NCBI GenBank assembly: GCA_012841145.1
Contig: DUVH01000015.1
Coordinates: 37,237 to 101,236 of the forward strand
DNA length: 64,000 nucleotides
Direction of reading: 5' to 3'
Source of the DNA: Clostridiaceae bacterium
GTDB taxonomy: Bacteria; Bacillota; Clostridia; Saccharofermentanales; DTU023
Below are positions 45,933-56,454 of this stretch, piece after piece. A program made the position numbers and the translations under genes. The notes under the pieces were generated by a model, which had not been told where the DNA came from, searched no databases, and saw nothing but the letters and a program-made list of their open reading frames with translations. How positions within the stretch are numbered: position 1 is the first letter of the stretch; every line of letters begins with the position of its first letter.

Positions 45933-46676
45933 ATGACAGATAAACAGATTGTCCTCGTCACAGGCGCCGGCCGAGGTATCGGGCGCGCTATCGCGAAGAG
46001 ATTGGCTTCCGAAAACAGAAAACTGTACCTGCATTACGGCCAATCGGCTGAAGGAGCGGAAGCTTTGCGTCGGGAACTTGACGTTGAGGGATTCGAAGCG
46101 GAGACGATCAGAGCCGACCTTTTCGATCTTGATGCAACGACAAAACTCGTCAAGACAATCGCAGATAAAGAAGGTCGCTTCGACATTCTCGTCAACAACG
46201 CAGGCATTACGCGCGACGGGTTGGCAGTCCGAATGTCAAACGACGACTACGATGACGTCATCACAGTCAATCAGCGCGCCCCTTTCATCTTAATGAGAGA
46301 AGCGGGAAAAATCATGATGCGCCGTCGTTTCGGGCGAATCATCAATATCGCGAGCGTCGTCGGACTCACAGGAAATGCGGGGCAAATCAATTACGCGGCT
46401 TCTAAAGCGGCGCTGATCGCTATGAGCAAGAGCCTCGCTTTCGAACTCGCCACACGCGGTGTGACGGTCAACTGCATCGCGCCGGGCTACATCGAGACTG
46501 AAATGACCGATGTGCTGAGCGAATCGGTTCGTGAAGCGATCATGGCGCAAATTCCGCAGAAGCGCGCAGGATCACCTGAAGATATCGCGGCGGTCGCCGC
46601 TTTTCTCGCAAGCGATGACGCCGCCTATATTACGGCTCAGACAATCTCCGTCGACGGCGGCATGCTTCGCGGATAA
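45933..46676 (+). CDS. fabG: 3-oxoacyl-ACP reductase
   Basis: 247 aa SDR. Motifs TGAGRGIGRAIA, NNAGIT, YAASKAA. Confidence 0.92.
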   Translation: MTDKQIVLVTGAGRGIGRAIAKRLASENRKLYLHYGQSAEGAEALRRELDVEGFEAETIRADLFDLDATTKLVKTIADKEGRFDILVNNAGITRDGLAVRMSNDDYDDVITVNQRAPFILMREAGKIMMRRRFGRIINIASVVGLTGNAGQINYAASKAALIAMSKSLAFELATRGVTVNCIAPGYIETEMTDVLSESVREAIMAQIPQKRAGSPEDIAAVAAFLASDDAAYITAQTISVDGGMLRG

Positions 46677-46700
46677 AGGAAAAGGAAACGGGAGGTTTAC

Positions 46701-47945
46701 ATGGATAAGAGACGTGTTGTCGTCACAGGTATCGGCCTCGTGACACCGCTCGGTTTAGACGCCGAGACAAATAGAAAGAACATTCAATCTGGTACGCTAG
46801 GCATCGGCTATATGACGCGCGTTCAGCGCGACGACATCGACATCAAAGTCGCAGGAGAATTGAAAGATTATAACCCGGCCGACTACTTTGATTCAAAAAC
46901 GATTCGTCGCACCGATCCCGTCATGCAATACGGCATGATCGCCGCGCGCGAGACGCTAAAAAATGCGCGTCTTTCCGAGGGCGATTTTGACCCCGCCATG
47001 GCAGGCGTCATCATAGCATCAGGTATAGGCGGACTTTCAACGGTCGAAAAAGAAGTGGAAAATGCTCTGAACAGAGGATATAACCGCGTCTCGCCCTTTT
47101 TTATCCCGCTGACGATCGCCAACACGACGGCAAGTTCCGTCGCGATGGAATCGGGATTTAAAGGTCTTTGCACTTGCATCATCACCGCCTGTGCCGCCGG
47201 AACGAACGCGATCGGCGAGGCATTTCACAAAATACGCGACGGCTATCTCGATCTCGCTCTGACAGGAGGCGCGGAAGCGACGCTGACCCCGATGGCGTTC
47301 GGCGGTTTTGCTTCGATGCGCGCACTCTCGCGGTCGGCTGATCCCGCGCTCGCTTCAATACCCTTCGACAGACGTCGCGACGGTTTCGTCATGGGCGAAG
47401 GCGCCGGCGTCCTGCTCCTCGAATCACTTGAACACGCGCAAAAGCGCGGCGCCGCGATCCTCGCCGAAATCATCGGATACGGCGCATCGTGCGACGCCTT
47501 TCACATGACGGCACCCGATCCGTCCGGAGAACAGCCGGCGCGATCGATGTCGCTTTGTCTTGAGGATGCGGGCATTCACCCCGAAGACGTCCAATACATC
47601 AACGCTCACGGCACCTCAACGCCGCTCAACGATGTCATGGAAACGCAGGCGATCAAAAATGTATTTGGCGAGCACGCCTATAAGCTCCTTATCTCATCAA
47701 CAAAATCGATGACTGGTCACTTGCTCGGAGCAAGCGGAGCTCTGGAGGCGGCAGCAACTATTTTCGCGCTGCGAGACCAGTTCGTCCACCCGACGATCGG
47801 CTTGAGCGAACAGGATCCCGATTGTGATCTCGACTATGTCCCCGGTAAGGGCCGTCATGTCGATCTCACCTACGCGCTCAGCAACTCTCTCGGTTTCGGC
47901 GGGCACAATGCGAGTATCGCCTTCAAAGTCTGGAAAGAAGCTTAA
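46701..47945 (+). CDS. fabF: 3-oxoacyl-ACP synthase II
   Basis: 414 aa. RRVVVTGIGLVTPLG, active-site ITACAAGTNAIGEA, HGTSTPLND, GHLLGASG. Confidence 0.93.
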   Translation: MDKRRVVVTGIGLVTPLGLDAETNRKNIQSGTLGIGYMTRVQRDDIDIKVAGELKDYNPADYFDSKTIRRTDPVMQYGMIAARETLKNARLSEGDFDPAMAGVIIASGIGGLSTVEKEVENALNRGYNRVSPFFIPLTIANTTASSVAMESGFKGLCTCIITACAAGTNAIGEAFHKIRDGYLDLALTGGAEATLTPMAFGGFASMRALSRSADPALASIPFDRRRDGFVMGEGAGVLLLESLEHAQKRGAAILAEIIGYGASCDAFHMTAPDPSGEQPARSMSLCLEDAGIHPEDVQYINAHGTSTPLNDVMETQAIKNVFGEHAYKLLISSTKSMTGHLLGASGALEAAATIFALRDQFVHPTIGLSEQDPDCDLDYVPGKGRHVDLTYALSNSLGFGGHNASIAFKVWKEA

Positions 47946-47968
47946 AACCCGATAGGAGAACACAAACA

Positions 47969-48451
47969 ATGCCAAATCAATCACATGAACAGACAGGAGC
48001 CGCTGACAAAAAGCCTCTTGCGTTCGAATACGAAGAGATTCAGAACATTCTCCCTCACCGATACCCTTTCCTTCTCGTCGATCGCATCATTGACGGAGAA
48101 CTCGGTTCATTCGCCAAGGGAATTAAGCAGGTAACCGGGAATGAGATCTTTTTCCAAGGTCACTTCCCGGGGCAACCTGTCTTTCCGGGCGTTCTGCAGA
48201 TTGAAGCTCTCGCACAAGTCGGTGCCATCGCCGTGCTGGCCATGCCGGAGCATCGAGGAAAGATTGCGCTCTTCGCAGGGGTCAATCGCGCCCGTTTTAA
48301 AGGAATCGTTCGACCGGGAGATACGCTTGTTATGACGACAAAATTCACAGGCAAAAAAGCTGGTATCGGTTTTGCCGAGGGTAAAGCGACGGTAGACGGA
48401 AAGACGGTCTGTCAAGCGGAATTCATGTTTGCGTTGACAGAAAATACTTAA
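47969..48451 (+). CDS. fabZ: 3-hydroxyacyl-ACP dehydratase
   Basis: 160 aa. LPHRYPFLLVDRI, FFQGHFPGQPVFPGVLQIEALAQ. Confidence 0.93.
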   Translation: MPNQSHEQTGAADKKPLAFEYEEIQNILPHRYPFLLVDRIIDGELGSFAKGIKQVTGNEIFFQGHFPGQPVFPGVLQIEALAQVGAIAVLAMPEHRGKIALFAGVNRARFKGIVRPGDTLVMTTKFTGKKAGIGFAEGKATVDGKTVCQAEFMFALTENT

Positions 48452-48536
48452 AATACGCTGCACGACTCTTTGCGAACACAGCGTTATCACCATTTCCGGT
48501 GTGAATCTGTTAATATGTTCAAGGGGTGTAAAATAG

Positions 48537-49022
48537 ATGTTACAAGATGATATCCATTCGATTTATCAAAAACTCAAACTGTATTACTACCGACGCATTT
48601 TCCGGAAAATGGACGTGCATGAGGAGGATGCGCTCACCGCACTTGAAACGTTTTGTGCCGAAGCAATTTACGGTCTCGGACTTCCGACACTGACAGAATT
48701 CGCCGAATTCATCAATGTGTCACAGCCGAACGCGGCCTACAAAATCGCGAACCTCGAAAAGAAAGGGTTCGTGAAGAAAATCCGCTCCCAAGAGGACGGG
48801 CGTGTCGTACTGCTTCAGGTCACGGACAAATTCCTCGACTTGTACGGTACGAGTCAACGCTATTCGTCAATTCTCACGAAGCGCATTGAACGCCGCTTTT
48901 CAAAAGAGGAAGTCGAAGTCTTCCAGCGTGTGATGCATACGCTCTCTGAAGAGCTGATGAAAGAAGTCAACCAATACTTGGTAAAAAGGGCCAATCTTCC
49001 CAAGGGTGTCCTCGAAGAATAG
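48537..49022 (+). CDS. MarR-family transcriptional regulator (possible FabT-like fab regulator by position)
   Basis: 161 aa. Winged-helix core (LTEFAEFINVSQPNAAYKIANLEKKGFVKKIRSQEDGRVVLLQVTDK). Terminal gene of the fab cluster. Confidence 0.7.
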   Translation: MLQDDIHSIYQKLKLYYYRRIFRKMDVHEEDALTALETFCAEAIYGLGLPTLTEFAEFINVSQPNAAYKIANLEKKGFVKKIRSQEDGRVVLLQVTDKFLDLYGTSQRYSSILTKRIERRFSKEEVEVFQRVMHTLSEELMKEVNQYLVKRANLPKGVLEE

Positions 49023-49064
49023 ACGTCCTATCCCCCCTAAGTCCTTCTGCCTCAATACCAAACT

Positions 49065-50021
49065 TTAAGCATCGGGATCAATCCATACGAACGGTGTCTT
49101 TTCTTCGTGTGAAACGGGAATCTTGAGCGGGCGATCAGGAATGAGCGTACGTATCGTATAACGCTGCAGGTCGGATCGTCTCGCTTTTCTCACGGAGATT
49201 TCGATATCGCCGTGTTCCTCACACTTCGCCGCGGCAAACCACCTTTTGCCGGTTTTGAGCGTATGCCAATAACCGCCTGATTCGGTCTTGGCCAAATCAA
49301 GTTTTCTCCCGCACGCGGGACACGTATATTCGCGCGACTCAAGAAACGAGACAACATCGATACCTTTGTCAAGCGTGACGACGCTTTCCAACTGCCTTGT
49401 CAAGTGCGGATCGAAGATATAAGGCTTGAGCAGAGACTCGACCGTCTCTCCGGGATGATCCGTCAATTCCATCTCAAGCGTGCGCGCCAAAATACGGGCC
49501 GTGTAGATAGCGTCGGTAATCGCCTCATGAAACGGGAGATCCTTTGGAAGCCTCAGAAAATCGAGTGCGTATTCGACGGAGCGCTGATTGCCCGACGTCT
49601 CACCCTCCGCCAGACCGGAAAAAACTGCCTGTGCATTGAGGGCACGAAATTTGAAATCGCCTGCGACATCATGAAAGTGACAATTGGAAAGAAATACGTC
49701 GGCATCAGCTGTTCCCCACGATGCAAAAACGGGGTTTTCGCCTGCATACGCGATAATATCGTCGATCATGTGCGTGAATAATACGCCCTCACGCAGACTC
49801 TGCTGTGTTCTTTTTGTCACTGCCGCGATATGATAATGGATTTTCTTGTATAAGACAGGTGTCACATAACGATGAAACTCGCTGCCGAGCGAAAGATCCT
49901 CTCTCAAGCGCACGGCACCGAGTTCAATAATTTCAAATCTCATTAATGACGCGAGTTCTTGATCGACTTTTTGGGATCTCGACGCGGAATTCCACTCCAA
50001 ATCGACAACGATAAGGTTCAT
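49065..50021 (-). CDS. DEDDh-type 3'-5' exonuclease domain protein with C-terminal zinc-ribbon-like region
   Basis: 318 aa. Exo I VVDLEWN, a terminal H-x4-D ([11 protein letters not shown]), and C-terminal CPACG...CEEHG. ATGA overlap with the dnaJ stop. Confidence 0.7.
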   Translation of the reverse strand: MNLIVVDLEWNSASRSQKVDQELASLMRFEIIELGAVRLREDLSLGSEFHRYVTPVLYKKIHYHIAAVTKRTQQSLREGVLFTHMIDDIIAYAGENPVFASWGTADADVFLSNCHFHDVAGDFKFRALNAQAVFSGLAEGETSGNQRSVEYALDFLRLPKDLPFHEAITDAIYTARILARTLEMELTDHPGETVESLLKPYIFDPHLTRQLESVVTLDKGIDVVSFLESREYTCPACGRKLDLAKTESGGYWHTLKTGKRWFAAAKCEEHGDIEISVRKARRSDLQRYTIRTLIPDRPLKIPVSHEEKTPFVWIDPDA

Positions 50022-51190
50022 GTCGATGTGTTGCCTTTCAGCGTATCGCGCACACGCTCAAAGAAACCGCGACGTTTCACATAATTCTGCTCCGTGCACG
50101 AGTCGTCAAACGCGCGCAACAAATCCTTTTGCTCCTGCGACAGGTAACGAGGCACTTCAATCACGACACGGAACTGATGATCACCACGCGCCGTCGGACG
50201 GCCGATATAGGGAATACCTTTCCCGCGCATGGTAAATACTTCGCCGGGCTGCGTTCCCTCGCGCAATTTATATTTTTGTTCACCGTCAATCGTCGGGACG
50301 TTTATTTCATCGCCGAGAGCCGCCTGTGCGAACGTGATCGGCACCTCACAGAATGTCATATTGCCCTCGCGTGTAAAAACGGGATGAGGCCTGATAAAGA
50401 CCTGGACATAGAGGTCACCGAACGGACCGCCGTTGCGACCCGGTTCCCCCTCGCCGCGAAGCGTCAGCATCTCACCCTCGTTAATGCCCGCCGGAACGGA
50501 AACGAGGAGCTTTCTGTCACGCATGACGGTGCCTTCTCCGTGACACGTCGGACACGGGTTTGTGATCACTTGTCCCGAACCGCCGCAACGCGAACACGTA
50601 CGCGACGTCAGCATCGAGCCGAAGAGCGTTTGCTGCTGCGTATGTTCCTGACCTGTTCCGTCACAAACGGGACATATCGTAGGCTCTGTCCCGTCCGCCG
50701 TCCCTTTACCTGAACATGTCGAACAGCGATCCGCCTTACGAATCGAAATTTCACGTTCTGTTCCGAAAGCCGCCTCTTCAAAATCGAGATTCATGCGATA
50801 GCGTAAGTTCGCGCCGCGCGTCGGACCCGTTCTGCGTCTCGTCTGCGTGCCGCCGAAACCGCCAAATCCGCCGAACCCTCCGAAGTTGCCGAAAAGTGTC
50901 GAAAAGAGATCATCCAAATTAATGTTATAAGCTCCGCCGCCGAAACCGCCGTAAGCTGAAGGGTCGACGCCCGCATGGCCGTACTGGTCGTAATTGGCAC
51001 GTTTCTCGGCATCGGAAAGGACTTCATAGGCTTCATTCGCTTCCTTGAATTTCTCTTCCGCGTCCTTGTCATCGGGATTGACGTCGGGGTGATACTGCTT
51101 CGCAAGCTTCCAGAAAGCTTTCTTGATCTCACCCTCGTCCGCATCGCGAGGAACGCCAAGCACTTCGTAATAATCGCGTTTTCCTGCCAA
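50018..51190 (-). CDS. dnaJ: molecular chaperone DnaJ
   Basis: 390 aa. J-domain (DYYEVLGV...HPD), G/F region, four CxxCxGxG zinc motifs. Confidence 0.95.
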   Translation of the reverse strand: MAGKRDYYEVLGVPRDADEGEIKKAFWKLAKQYHPDVNPDDKDAEEKFKEANEAYEVLSDAEKRANYDQYGHAGVDPSAYGGFGGGAYNINLDDLFSTLFGNFGGFGGFGGFGGTQTRRRTGPTRGANLRYRMNLDFEEAAFGTEREISIRKADRCSTCSGKGTADGTEPTICPVCDGTGQEHTQQQTLFGSMLTSRTCSRCGGSGQVITNPCPTCHGEGTVMRDRKLLVSVPAGINEGEMLTLRGEGEPGRNGGPFGDLYVQVFIRPHPVFTREGNMTFCEVPITFAQAALGDEINVPTIDGEQKYKLREGTQPGEVFTMRGKGIPYIGRPTARGDHQFRVVIEVPRYLSQEQKDLLRAFDDSCTEQNYVKRRGFFERVRDTLKGNTST

Positions 51191-51346
51191 TTGTGACCTC
51201 CTGTGCGGATGGATATACTCTCTCTTCCGCCACTCTATCTTATCATTCTTGCGTCATGAGAGCGGGGCGGCTCCCCGCTCTCATGCGGTTGATTTTGTTG
51301 CTCGGCGATTACAGTTTGTCCGCCGAATTATCTTCTGAAATTCCGC

Positions 51347-53191
51347 TTACTGAGGGTCGCCGCCGACATCTTTGAAATCAGCCTCATACGCTCCGGGGCC
51401 GGCACCTTGGCCATTCGCCTGCTGCTGATAAGGATCGGCCTGCGGAGGCTGTTCCTGCTGAGCCTGTTGGTATAGTTTCTCAGACGCCTTATAGATTGAC
51501 TGGCTCAGCGATTCCATATCTTGTTTCATAGCATCCAGATCGCCGCGGCCATGGCTGTCGCGCAGTTTTGCCAGATGCTCTTCAATGGCCTGTTTATCTG
51601 CGCCGTCAAACTTGTCGCCTGTCTCTTTTAAGAGCTTCTCCGTCTCGTAGATCGTCGTCTCTGCCCTGTTCTTCGTGTCGACTTCATCTTTCTTCTTGCG
51701 ATCTTCCTCTGCAAAGCGCTCCGCGTCTTTGACAGCCTGATCGATCTCGCTGTCCGACAGGTTCGTGCTCGCCGTGATCGTGATGTGCTGTTGACGGTTT
51801 GTTCCCTTGTCGATCGCGGATACGTTCACTATGCCGTTCGCGTCAATATCAAAGCTGACTTCAATCTGCGGAATACCGCGCGGCGCAGGGGCGATGCCGT
51901 CGAGGATAAAGCGACCGAGCGACTTGTTGCCCGCCGCCATCTCGCGCTCACCTTGAAGGACGTGGACTTCAACTTGTGTCTGTCCATCAGCCGCCGTCGA
52001 GAAGATTCGCTTCTTACTCGTCGGGATACGCGTATTGCGGTCGATCATGCGCGTCATAACGCCGCCGAGCGTCTCAATGCCGAGCGTCAACGGTGTAACG
52101 TCAATCAGAACCATGTCGTCAATCTCACCCGCCAAGATACCGCCCTGAATGGCGGCACCCATCGCGACACACTCGTCGGGGTTGATACCCTTGAACGGCT
52201 CCTTGCCGAAGAAATCACGCACCATGTCCTGCACGGCAGGGATTCTCGTCGAACCGCCGACTAATAGAACCTTGTCGATGTCGGCAGGTTTCAGACCGGC
52301 ATCGTTCATCGCTGCTCTTAAAGGCACTTTCGTCTTCTCGACAAGATCGTATGTCATTTCATCAAATTTAGCTCTCGTCAGCGAGAGATCGAGGTGTTTC
52401 GCACCGTGCTGGTCGGCCGAGATAAAGGGCAGGTTGATGCTCGTCGTCAGAACGCTCGACAGTTCAATCTTCGCCCTTTCCGCCGCCTCGCGCAGTCTCT
52501 GCATCGCCAGACGATCGCCTGAAAGATCGAGCCCTTGCTCTCTCTTCATCTCACTGACCATCCAGTCAACAATCTTATTATCAAAGTCATCGCCGCCGAG
52601 ACGCGTATTGCCTGAAGTCGCCTTCACTTCAAAGACGCCGTCCCCGATCTCCAGGATCGAGACGTCAAAAGTACCGCCGCCGAGGTCGAAAATCAAGATC
52701 TTCTGGTCGGATTCTTTATCAAGCCCGTAAGCGAGCGACGCAGCCGTCGGCTCGTTAATGATGCGATCGACGGTAAGTCCGGCGATAAGTCCCGCATCTT
52801 TCGTCGCCTGACGTTGAGAGTCGGAAAAGTAAGCGGGAACGGTCACGACGGCGTGCGTCACGGTCTCTCCGAGATACGCCTCCGCATCCTGTTTCAGCTT
52901 CTGGAGAATCATCGCCGAAATTTCCTGCGGCGAATACGCTTTTCCGTCGATCACGTTGCGGTGATCGCTTCCCATCTCGCGCTTGATCGACTGGATCGTG
53001 CGCTCGGGATTCTTCTGCGCCTGATTTTTCGCGATCTGCCCCACGAGACGCTCTCCCGTCGCCGTAAAAGCGACGACAGACGGTGTCGTTCGACTTCCCT
53101 CCGCGTTAGGGATTACAACCGGCTCTCCGCCTTCCATCACAGCGACAACGGAGTTCGTCGTTCCTAAGTCAATACCGATAATTTTTGCCAT
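51347..53191 (-). CDS. dnaK: molecular chaperone DnaK
   Basis: The ATG at 53191 gives [18 protein letters not shown].... Full Hsp70 similarity. Confidence 0.97.
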   Translation of the reverse strand: MAKIIGIDLGTTNSVVAVMEGGEPVVIPNAEGSRTTPSVVAFTATGERLVGQIAKNQAQKNPERTIQSIKREMGSDHRNVIDGKAYSPQEISAMILQKLKQDAEAYLGETVTHAVVTVPAYFSDSQRQATKDAGLIAGLTVDRIINEPTAASLAYGLDKESDQKILIFDLGGGTFDVSILEIGDGVFEVKATSGNTRLGGDDFDNKIVDWMVSEMKREQGLDLSGDRLAMQRLREAAERAKIELSSVLTTSINLPFISADQHGAKHLDLSLTRAKFDEMTYDLVEKTKVPLRAAMNDAGLKPADIDKVLLVGGSTRIPAVQDMVRDFFGKEPFKGINPDECVAMGAAIQGGILAGEIDDMVLIDVTPLTLGIETLGGVMTRMIDRNTRIPTSKKRIFSTAADGQTQVEVHVLQGEREMAAGNKSLGRFILDGIAPAPRGIPQIEVSFDIDANGIVNVSAIDKGTNRQQHITITASTNLSDSEIDQAVKDAERFAEEDRKKKDEVDTKNRAETTIYETEKLLKETGDKFDGADKQAIEEHLAKLRDSHGRGDLDAMKQDMESLSQSIYKASEKLYQQAQQEQPPQADPYQQQANGQGAGPGAYEADFKDVGGDPQ

Positions 53192-53293
53192 AATCATTTC
53201 CTCGTTTCGTTATAGTCGTTTTATTGCGCCACGGTTTAACTTGGCTCACGTCCCCCATGGCAAAGGCGCGAGCATGTGTGTCTTCCGTCAGTA

Positions 53294-53854
53294 TTAGTTG
53301 ACGACCTTGACCATGCTGTGTCGAATGACGCGGTCGCCTTTTTTGTATCCTTTCCGGAATACCTCCGTTACGGTGTTTTCCGGTTGATCCTCTTCTTCTG
53401 TATGCAGGACAACTTCGTGGACGTTGGGGTCGAACTGTGAGCCGACACCCTCGATCTCTTCGACTCCGAGCTTTCGGAACGCTTCATTGAGCTGTTGACC
53501 GATCAACACGATCCCTTCCGTAATCTCGCGCGCTTCATCCGTTTCCCATTGAGATGACCCCTTGATCGCGCTGTCGATGCTGTCGATCACGGGCATAAGG
53601 GCGCGGACTGTTTCCATAACGCCTTCTTCATAGCTTATCGCCTGATCTTGGCGCGTCCGACGTCTGTAATTGTCGAAGTCGGCACAAACGCGAAGATAGC
53701 GCCTGTTCAGCTCGTCATACTTGTCCTGCTCCGTTTCTTCCTTTTCGACTTCCTCCGTTTCAGGCAGTTCAACAGTCGTTTCTTCGACGACCTCTTCTTC
53801 CGTCAAACGGTATTTCTTCTCTTTCGCTTTCGCTTCTCCCTGTCGTTCGCTCAT
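53294..53854 (-). CDS. grpE: nucleotide exchange factor GrpE
   Basis: 186 aa. Acidic N-terminus, YLRVCADFDNYRRR, C-terminal beta domain. Confidence 0.93.
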   Translation of the reverse strand: MSERQGEAKAKEKKYRLTEEEVVEETTVELPETEEVEKEETEQDKYDELNRRYLRVCADFDNYRRRTRQDQAISYEEGVMETVRALMPVIDSIDSAIKGSSQWETDEAREITEGIVLIGQQLNEAFRKLGVEEIEGVGSQFDPNVHEVVLHTEEEDQPENTVTEVFRKGYKKGDRVIRHSMVKVVN

Positions 53855-53888
53855 TGCCGACTTACACTCCTTTGCCTCTTACGCTCTT

Positions 53889-55031
53889 TCAGTCCTCAAT
53901 CTCCGGGTGGTCATCGACGCGTGCGTAATGATCTCTTGCCACGTCGCAGAGCACCCTGTTGACGAAACTGATTTGCGAGATAATATTTCCATATTCCATA
54001 CGTTTAGGTCCGATGACGCCGATCTGTCCCGAGATCTGTCGCCCAATCCTATATGTCGTCGTAATGAACGACATGTCTTCCATGCCGCTCAGCGCGATCT
54101 CCTGCCCGATCCTGACCATATACGCCGGTCTGTCTTTTCGTGTAGCGAGGGCAGTCGGCGAAGACTCCATCTTTTCAAGCGTATCTAGACCCTCAACGAT
54201 GTTCCTTTCTTCTTCCTGCTCCATCTCCAGCATATAGCCCGCTACCATATGCTCCTGCCGCATCGTGTCATAGAAACGGCTGGCACGATCGACATCGCGG
54301 AACTCAGGGTGTTTGAGCAGTCGATATTTGCCGTCAATATAAACGTCGATCCTCTCTGTCTGCTTAATCGCGATATACGCCTCATATAAGACTTGGTTAA
54401 CGAGCGCTTCGGGGAGTTCCGTCTCTTCGGCAGCCGACGAAATCGTTACGAGTGTGATGTCATCGAGACGCTTGCCTGCCAGACAGCGCTCGATCGCCTG
54501 ACCGATTTCGTTGAGATCCTCCTCATCGATTAACGACGGTATCCTGATCAGCCTGTCATGGACAACGCCGGGTGACAGCACGAGAACGACGATCGCCCTC
54601 CCGGGCTCGATCATCATGATTTTGATCTGTTCCAAACTCGTATCGGAATACTGAGGCGAGAGTACGACAGAGAGATAGTTCGTCTTTTCCGCTAAGTATT
54701 CAGCCGTGCGCTCGATCATCTCGCGCGCCTCCCTGAGATTCTCCGACAAAAAATGTCGGACGGCGACTTCTTCCTCGGGAGGAATCTCCGGCAGAGAGAG
54801 CATATTGTCGACATATGCCCTATATCCCCTATCGGACGGCATGCGACCGGCTGAAGTGTGCGGTTTCACGAGGAATCCCATCTCTTCCAGTTCAGCCATC
54901 TCGTTCCGAATCGTAGCCGACGAATAGTTCAGATTGTGTCGTTTGACAAGCGACTTCGATCCGACAGGCTCACAAGTTTTGACGTAATCGTCTACGATTG
55001 CCTTCAATATGATCTTTTTACGATCGTCCAT
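53889..55031 (-). CDS. hrcA: heat-inducible transcription repressor HrcA
   Basis: The ATG at 55031 gives MDDRKKIILKAIVDDYVKTCEPVGSKSLV.... The track ORF extends to 55058, into the operator. Confidence 0.93.
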   Translation of the reverse strand: MDDRKKIILKAIVDDYVKTCEPVGSKSLVKRHNLNYSSATIRNEMAELEEMGFLVKPHTSAGRMPSDRGYRAYVDNMLSLPEIPPEEEVAVRHFLSENLREAREMIERTAEYLAEKTNYLSVVLSPQYSDTSLEQIKIMMIEPGRAIVVLVLSPGVVHDRLIRIPSLIDEEDLNEIGQAIERCLAGKRLDDITLVTISSAAEETELPEALVNQVLYEAYIAIKQTERIDVYIDGKYRLLKHPEFRDVDRASRFYDTMRQEHMVAGYMLEMEQEEERNIVEGLDTLEKMESSPTALATRKDRPAYMVRIGQEIALSGMEDMSFITTTYRIGRQISGQIGVIGPKRMEYGNIISQISFVNRVLCDVARDHYARVDDHPEIED

Positions 55032-55051
55032 GTCGCTCGTCCTTTCTCGCT

Positions 55052-55078
55052 TTGGCACTCGATGGCGTTGAGTGCTAA
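55052..55078. promoter_or_regulatory. CIRCE operator (HrcA binding site)
   Basis: TTGGCACTC-GATGGCGTT-GAGTGCTAA: a 9-bp inverted repeat with a 9-nt spacer, one mismatch from the consensus TTAGCACTC-N9-GAGTGCTAA. Confidence 0.92.
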
Positions 55079-55082
55079 TTAC

Positions 55083-55111
55083 AAGATATCACCATCTAAA
55101 TGGTGTGTCAA
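55083..55111 (-). promoter_or_regulatory. probable sigma-A promoter of the hrcA operon
   Basis: On the minus strand: TTGACA (55111-55106), 17-nt spacer, TATCTT (55088-55083), immediately upstream of CIRCE. Confidence 0.55.
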
Positions 55112-55176
55112 GAAAGAGAGCGTGACGAACGTGACAACGCCGTTAATTGTTGAGAAAAAGATTTATCTTCCCTCGA

Positions 55177-56439
55177 TTAGAGAAATTCGCGGGCGACAAC
55201 ATCGGCAAAATCGAACCCTTTTGCCGTTAAACAGACGCACTCATCGGAGCGTTCGAGAAGTCCTCTTTCCTCAAGGCGCGCCATCTGATCGCCGAAGACA
55301 TCGTCATAGTCGATATTATGTCTTAGTTGAAAACGAGAACGCGAAACACCCCGCATCAACCTCAAACCGAGTATCATCGTCTCGACGCGGGCGGCCGATT
55401 CGTCGACGACTTCCTCGACGATCGCCTGTCCGTAAGGCCCTTGCGCCGCATCGTAGACGTTGGCGAGCCAGCGCTCGATCGAGGTCTCGTTGCGTCTCCT
55501 TATCCCGCCCATGTAGCTGGCGGCAGCGGGACCTGCCGCCAGATAGGGGTCGGCATTCCAATAGACGAGGTTGTGTTTTGATTCCGCGCCGGAGAGTGCA
55601 AAATTACTGAGTTCATAATGAGTGAATCCAAACTCAAGAAGTCCGTCAGTCAGTCGACGGTTCATCAGACGCTCCGCCTCATCATCGGGGAATCGGGCGG
55701 GGTGTTCATTTCGAAAAAAGTAGAACGGCGTCCCTTCTTCCACAGTCAAGGCGTACGAAGAAACGTGATTGACGGGCAGTTGAGCGATCGTTTGAAGAGC
55801 ATATTCAATGTCTTCGACGGTCTGTGACGGCAGACCCGTCATCAAATCGACTGAAATATCGCGAAACCCGACATCGGCGGCGATTCGCACCGCTTCAACC
55901 GCCTGTGCGCACGTATGACGGCGACCGGCAAGACGTAAAAGCGAATCGGTCGCCGATTGCATACCGAAACTGACGCGATTGATACCGGGCTCGACCCAAC
56001 GATGTGCCGTTTCTCGCCCACGATCACTCTCTCCGAACATCAAATCACCGGCAATCGATTCGGGATTGGCCTCGAGCGTGATATCGCAACAGTCTTTCAA
56101 CATAAAGAGTGACTTTGCGTGTGCAATGATCGAGGCGATGATATCAGGACTTAAAAACGACGGCGTCCCGCCGCCGAAATAGATCGTCTCAAGCGGTTCA
56201 ATCATTACACCGTGGTCATACGCCTCTTCTCCGATGCGTTGAAGTTCAGTCCGGATACCCTCGTGCCAAGCATCGACAAGGTCATCGCCGGCTCCGGCGA
56301 TCGAGTAAAAATCACAGTAGCCACACTTGTCGTGACAAAAAGGAACGTGAACATAAAGCGAGGTGACACTGCACCTCGCGGCGTATGTCACCTCGTTCTT
56401 CTCATTCACATGTATCATAGCGTAAAACGCCGCATCCAA
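55177..56439 (-). CDS. hemW: radical SAM heme chaperone HemW (HemN-like, oxygen-independent coproporphyrinogen oxidase family)
   Basis: 420 aa. Radical-SAM CxxxCxxC as CHDKCGYCDF. Conserved position upstream of hrcA. Confidence 0.85.
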   Translation of the reverse strand: MDAAFYAMIHVNEKNEVTYAARCSVTSLYVHVPFCHDKCGYCDFYSIAGAGDDLVDAWHEGIRTELQRIGEEAYDHGVMIEPLETIYFGGGTPSFLSPDIIASIIAHAKSLFMLKDCCDITLEANPESIAGDLMFGESDRGRETAHRWVEPGINRVSFGMQSATDSLLRLAGRRHTCAQAVEAVRIAADVGFRDISVDLMTGLPSQTVEDIEYALQTIAQLPVNHVSSYALTVEEGTPFYFFRNEHPARFPDDEAERLMNRRLTDGLLEFGFTHYELSNFALSGAESKHNLVYWNADPYLAAGPAAASYMGGIRRRNETSIERWLANVYDAAQGPYGQAIVEEVVDESAARVETMILGLRLMRGVSRSRFQLRHNIDYDDVFGDQMARLEERGLLERSDECVCLTAKGFDFADVVAREFL

Positions 56440-56454
56440 AAACGGCGAACCGGG

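Noticed and set aside
54858-55610. 250-aa plus-strand ORF spanning the hrcA-hemW junction
   Set aside because: It crosses the CIRCE operator and is antisense to two well-supported genes. It has an R-rich junk composition.
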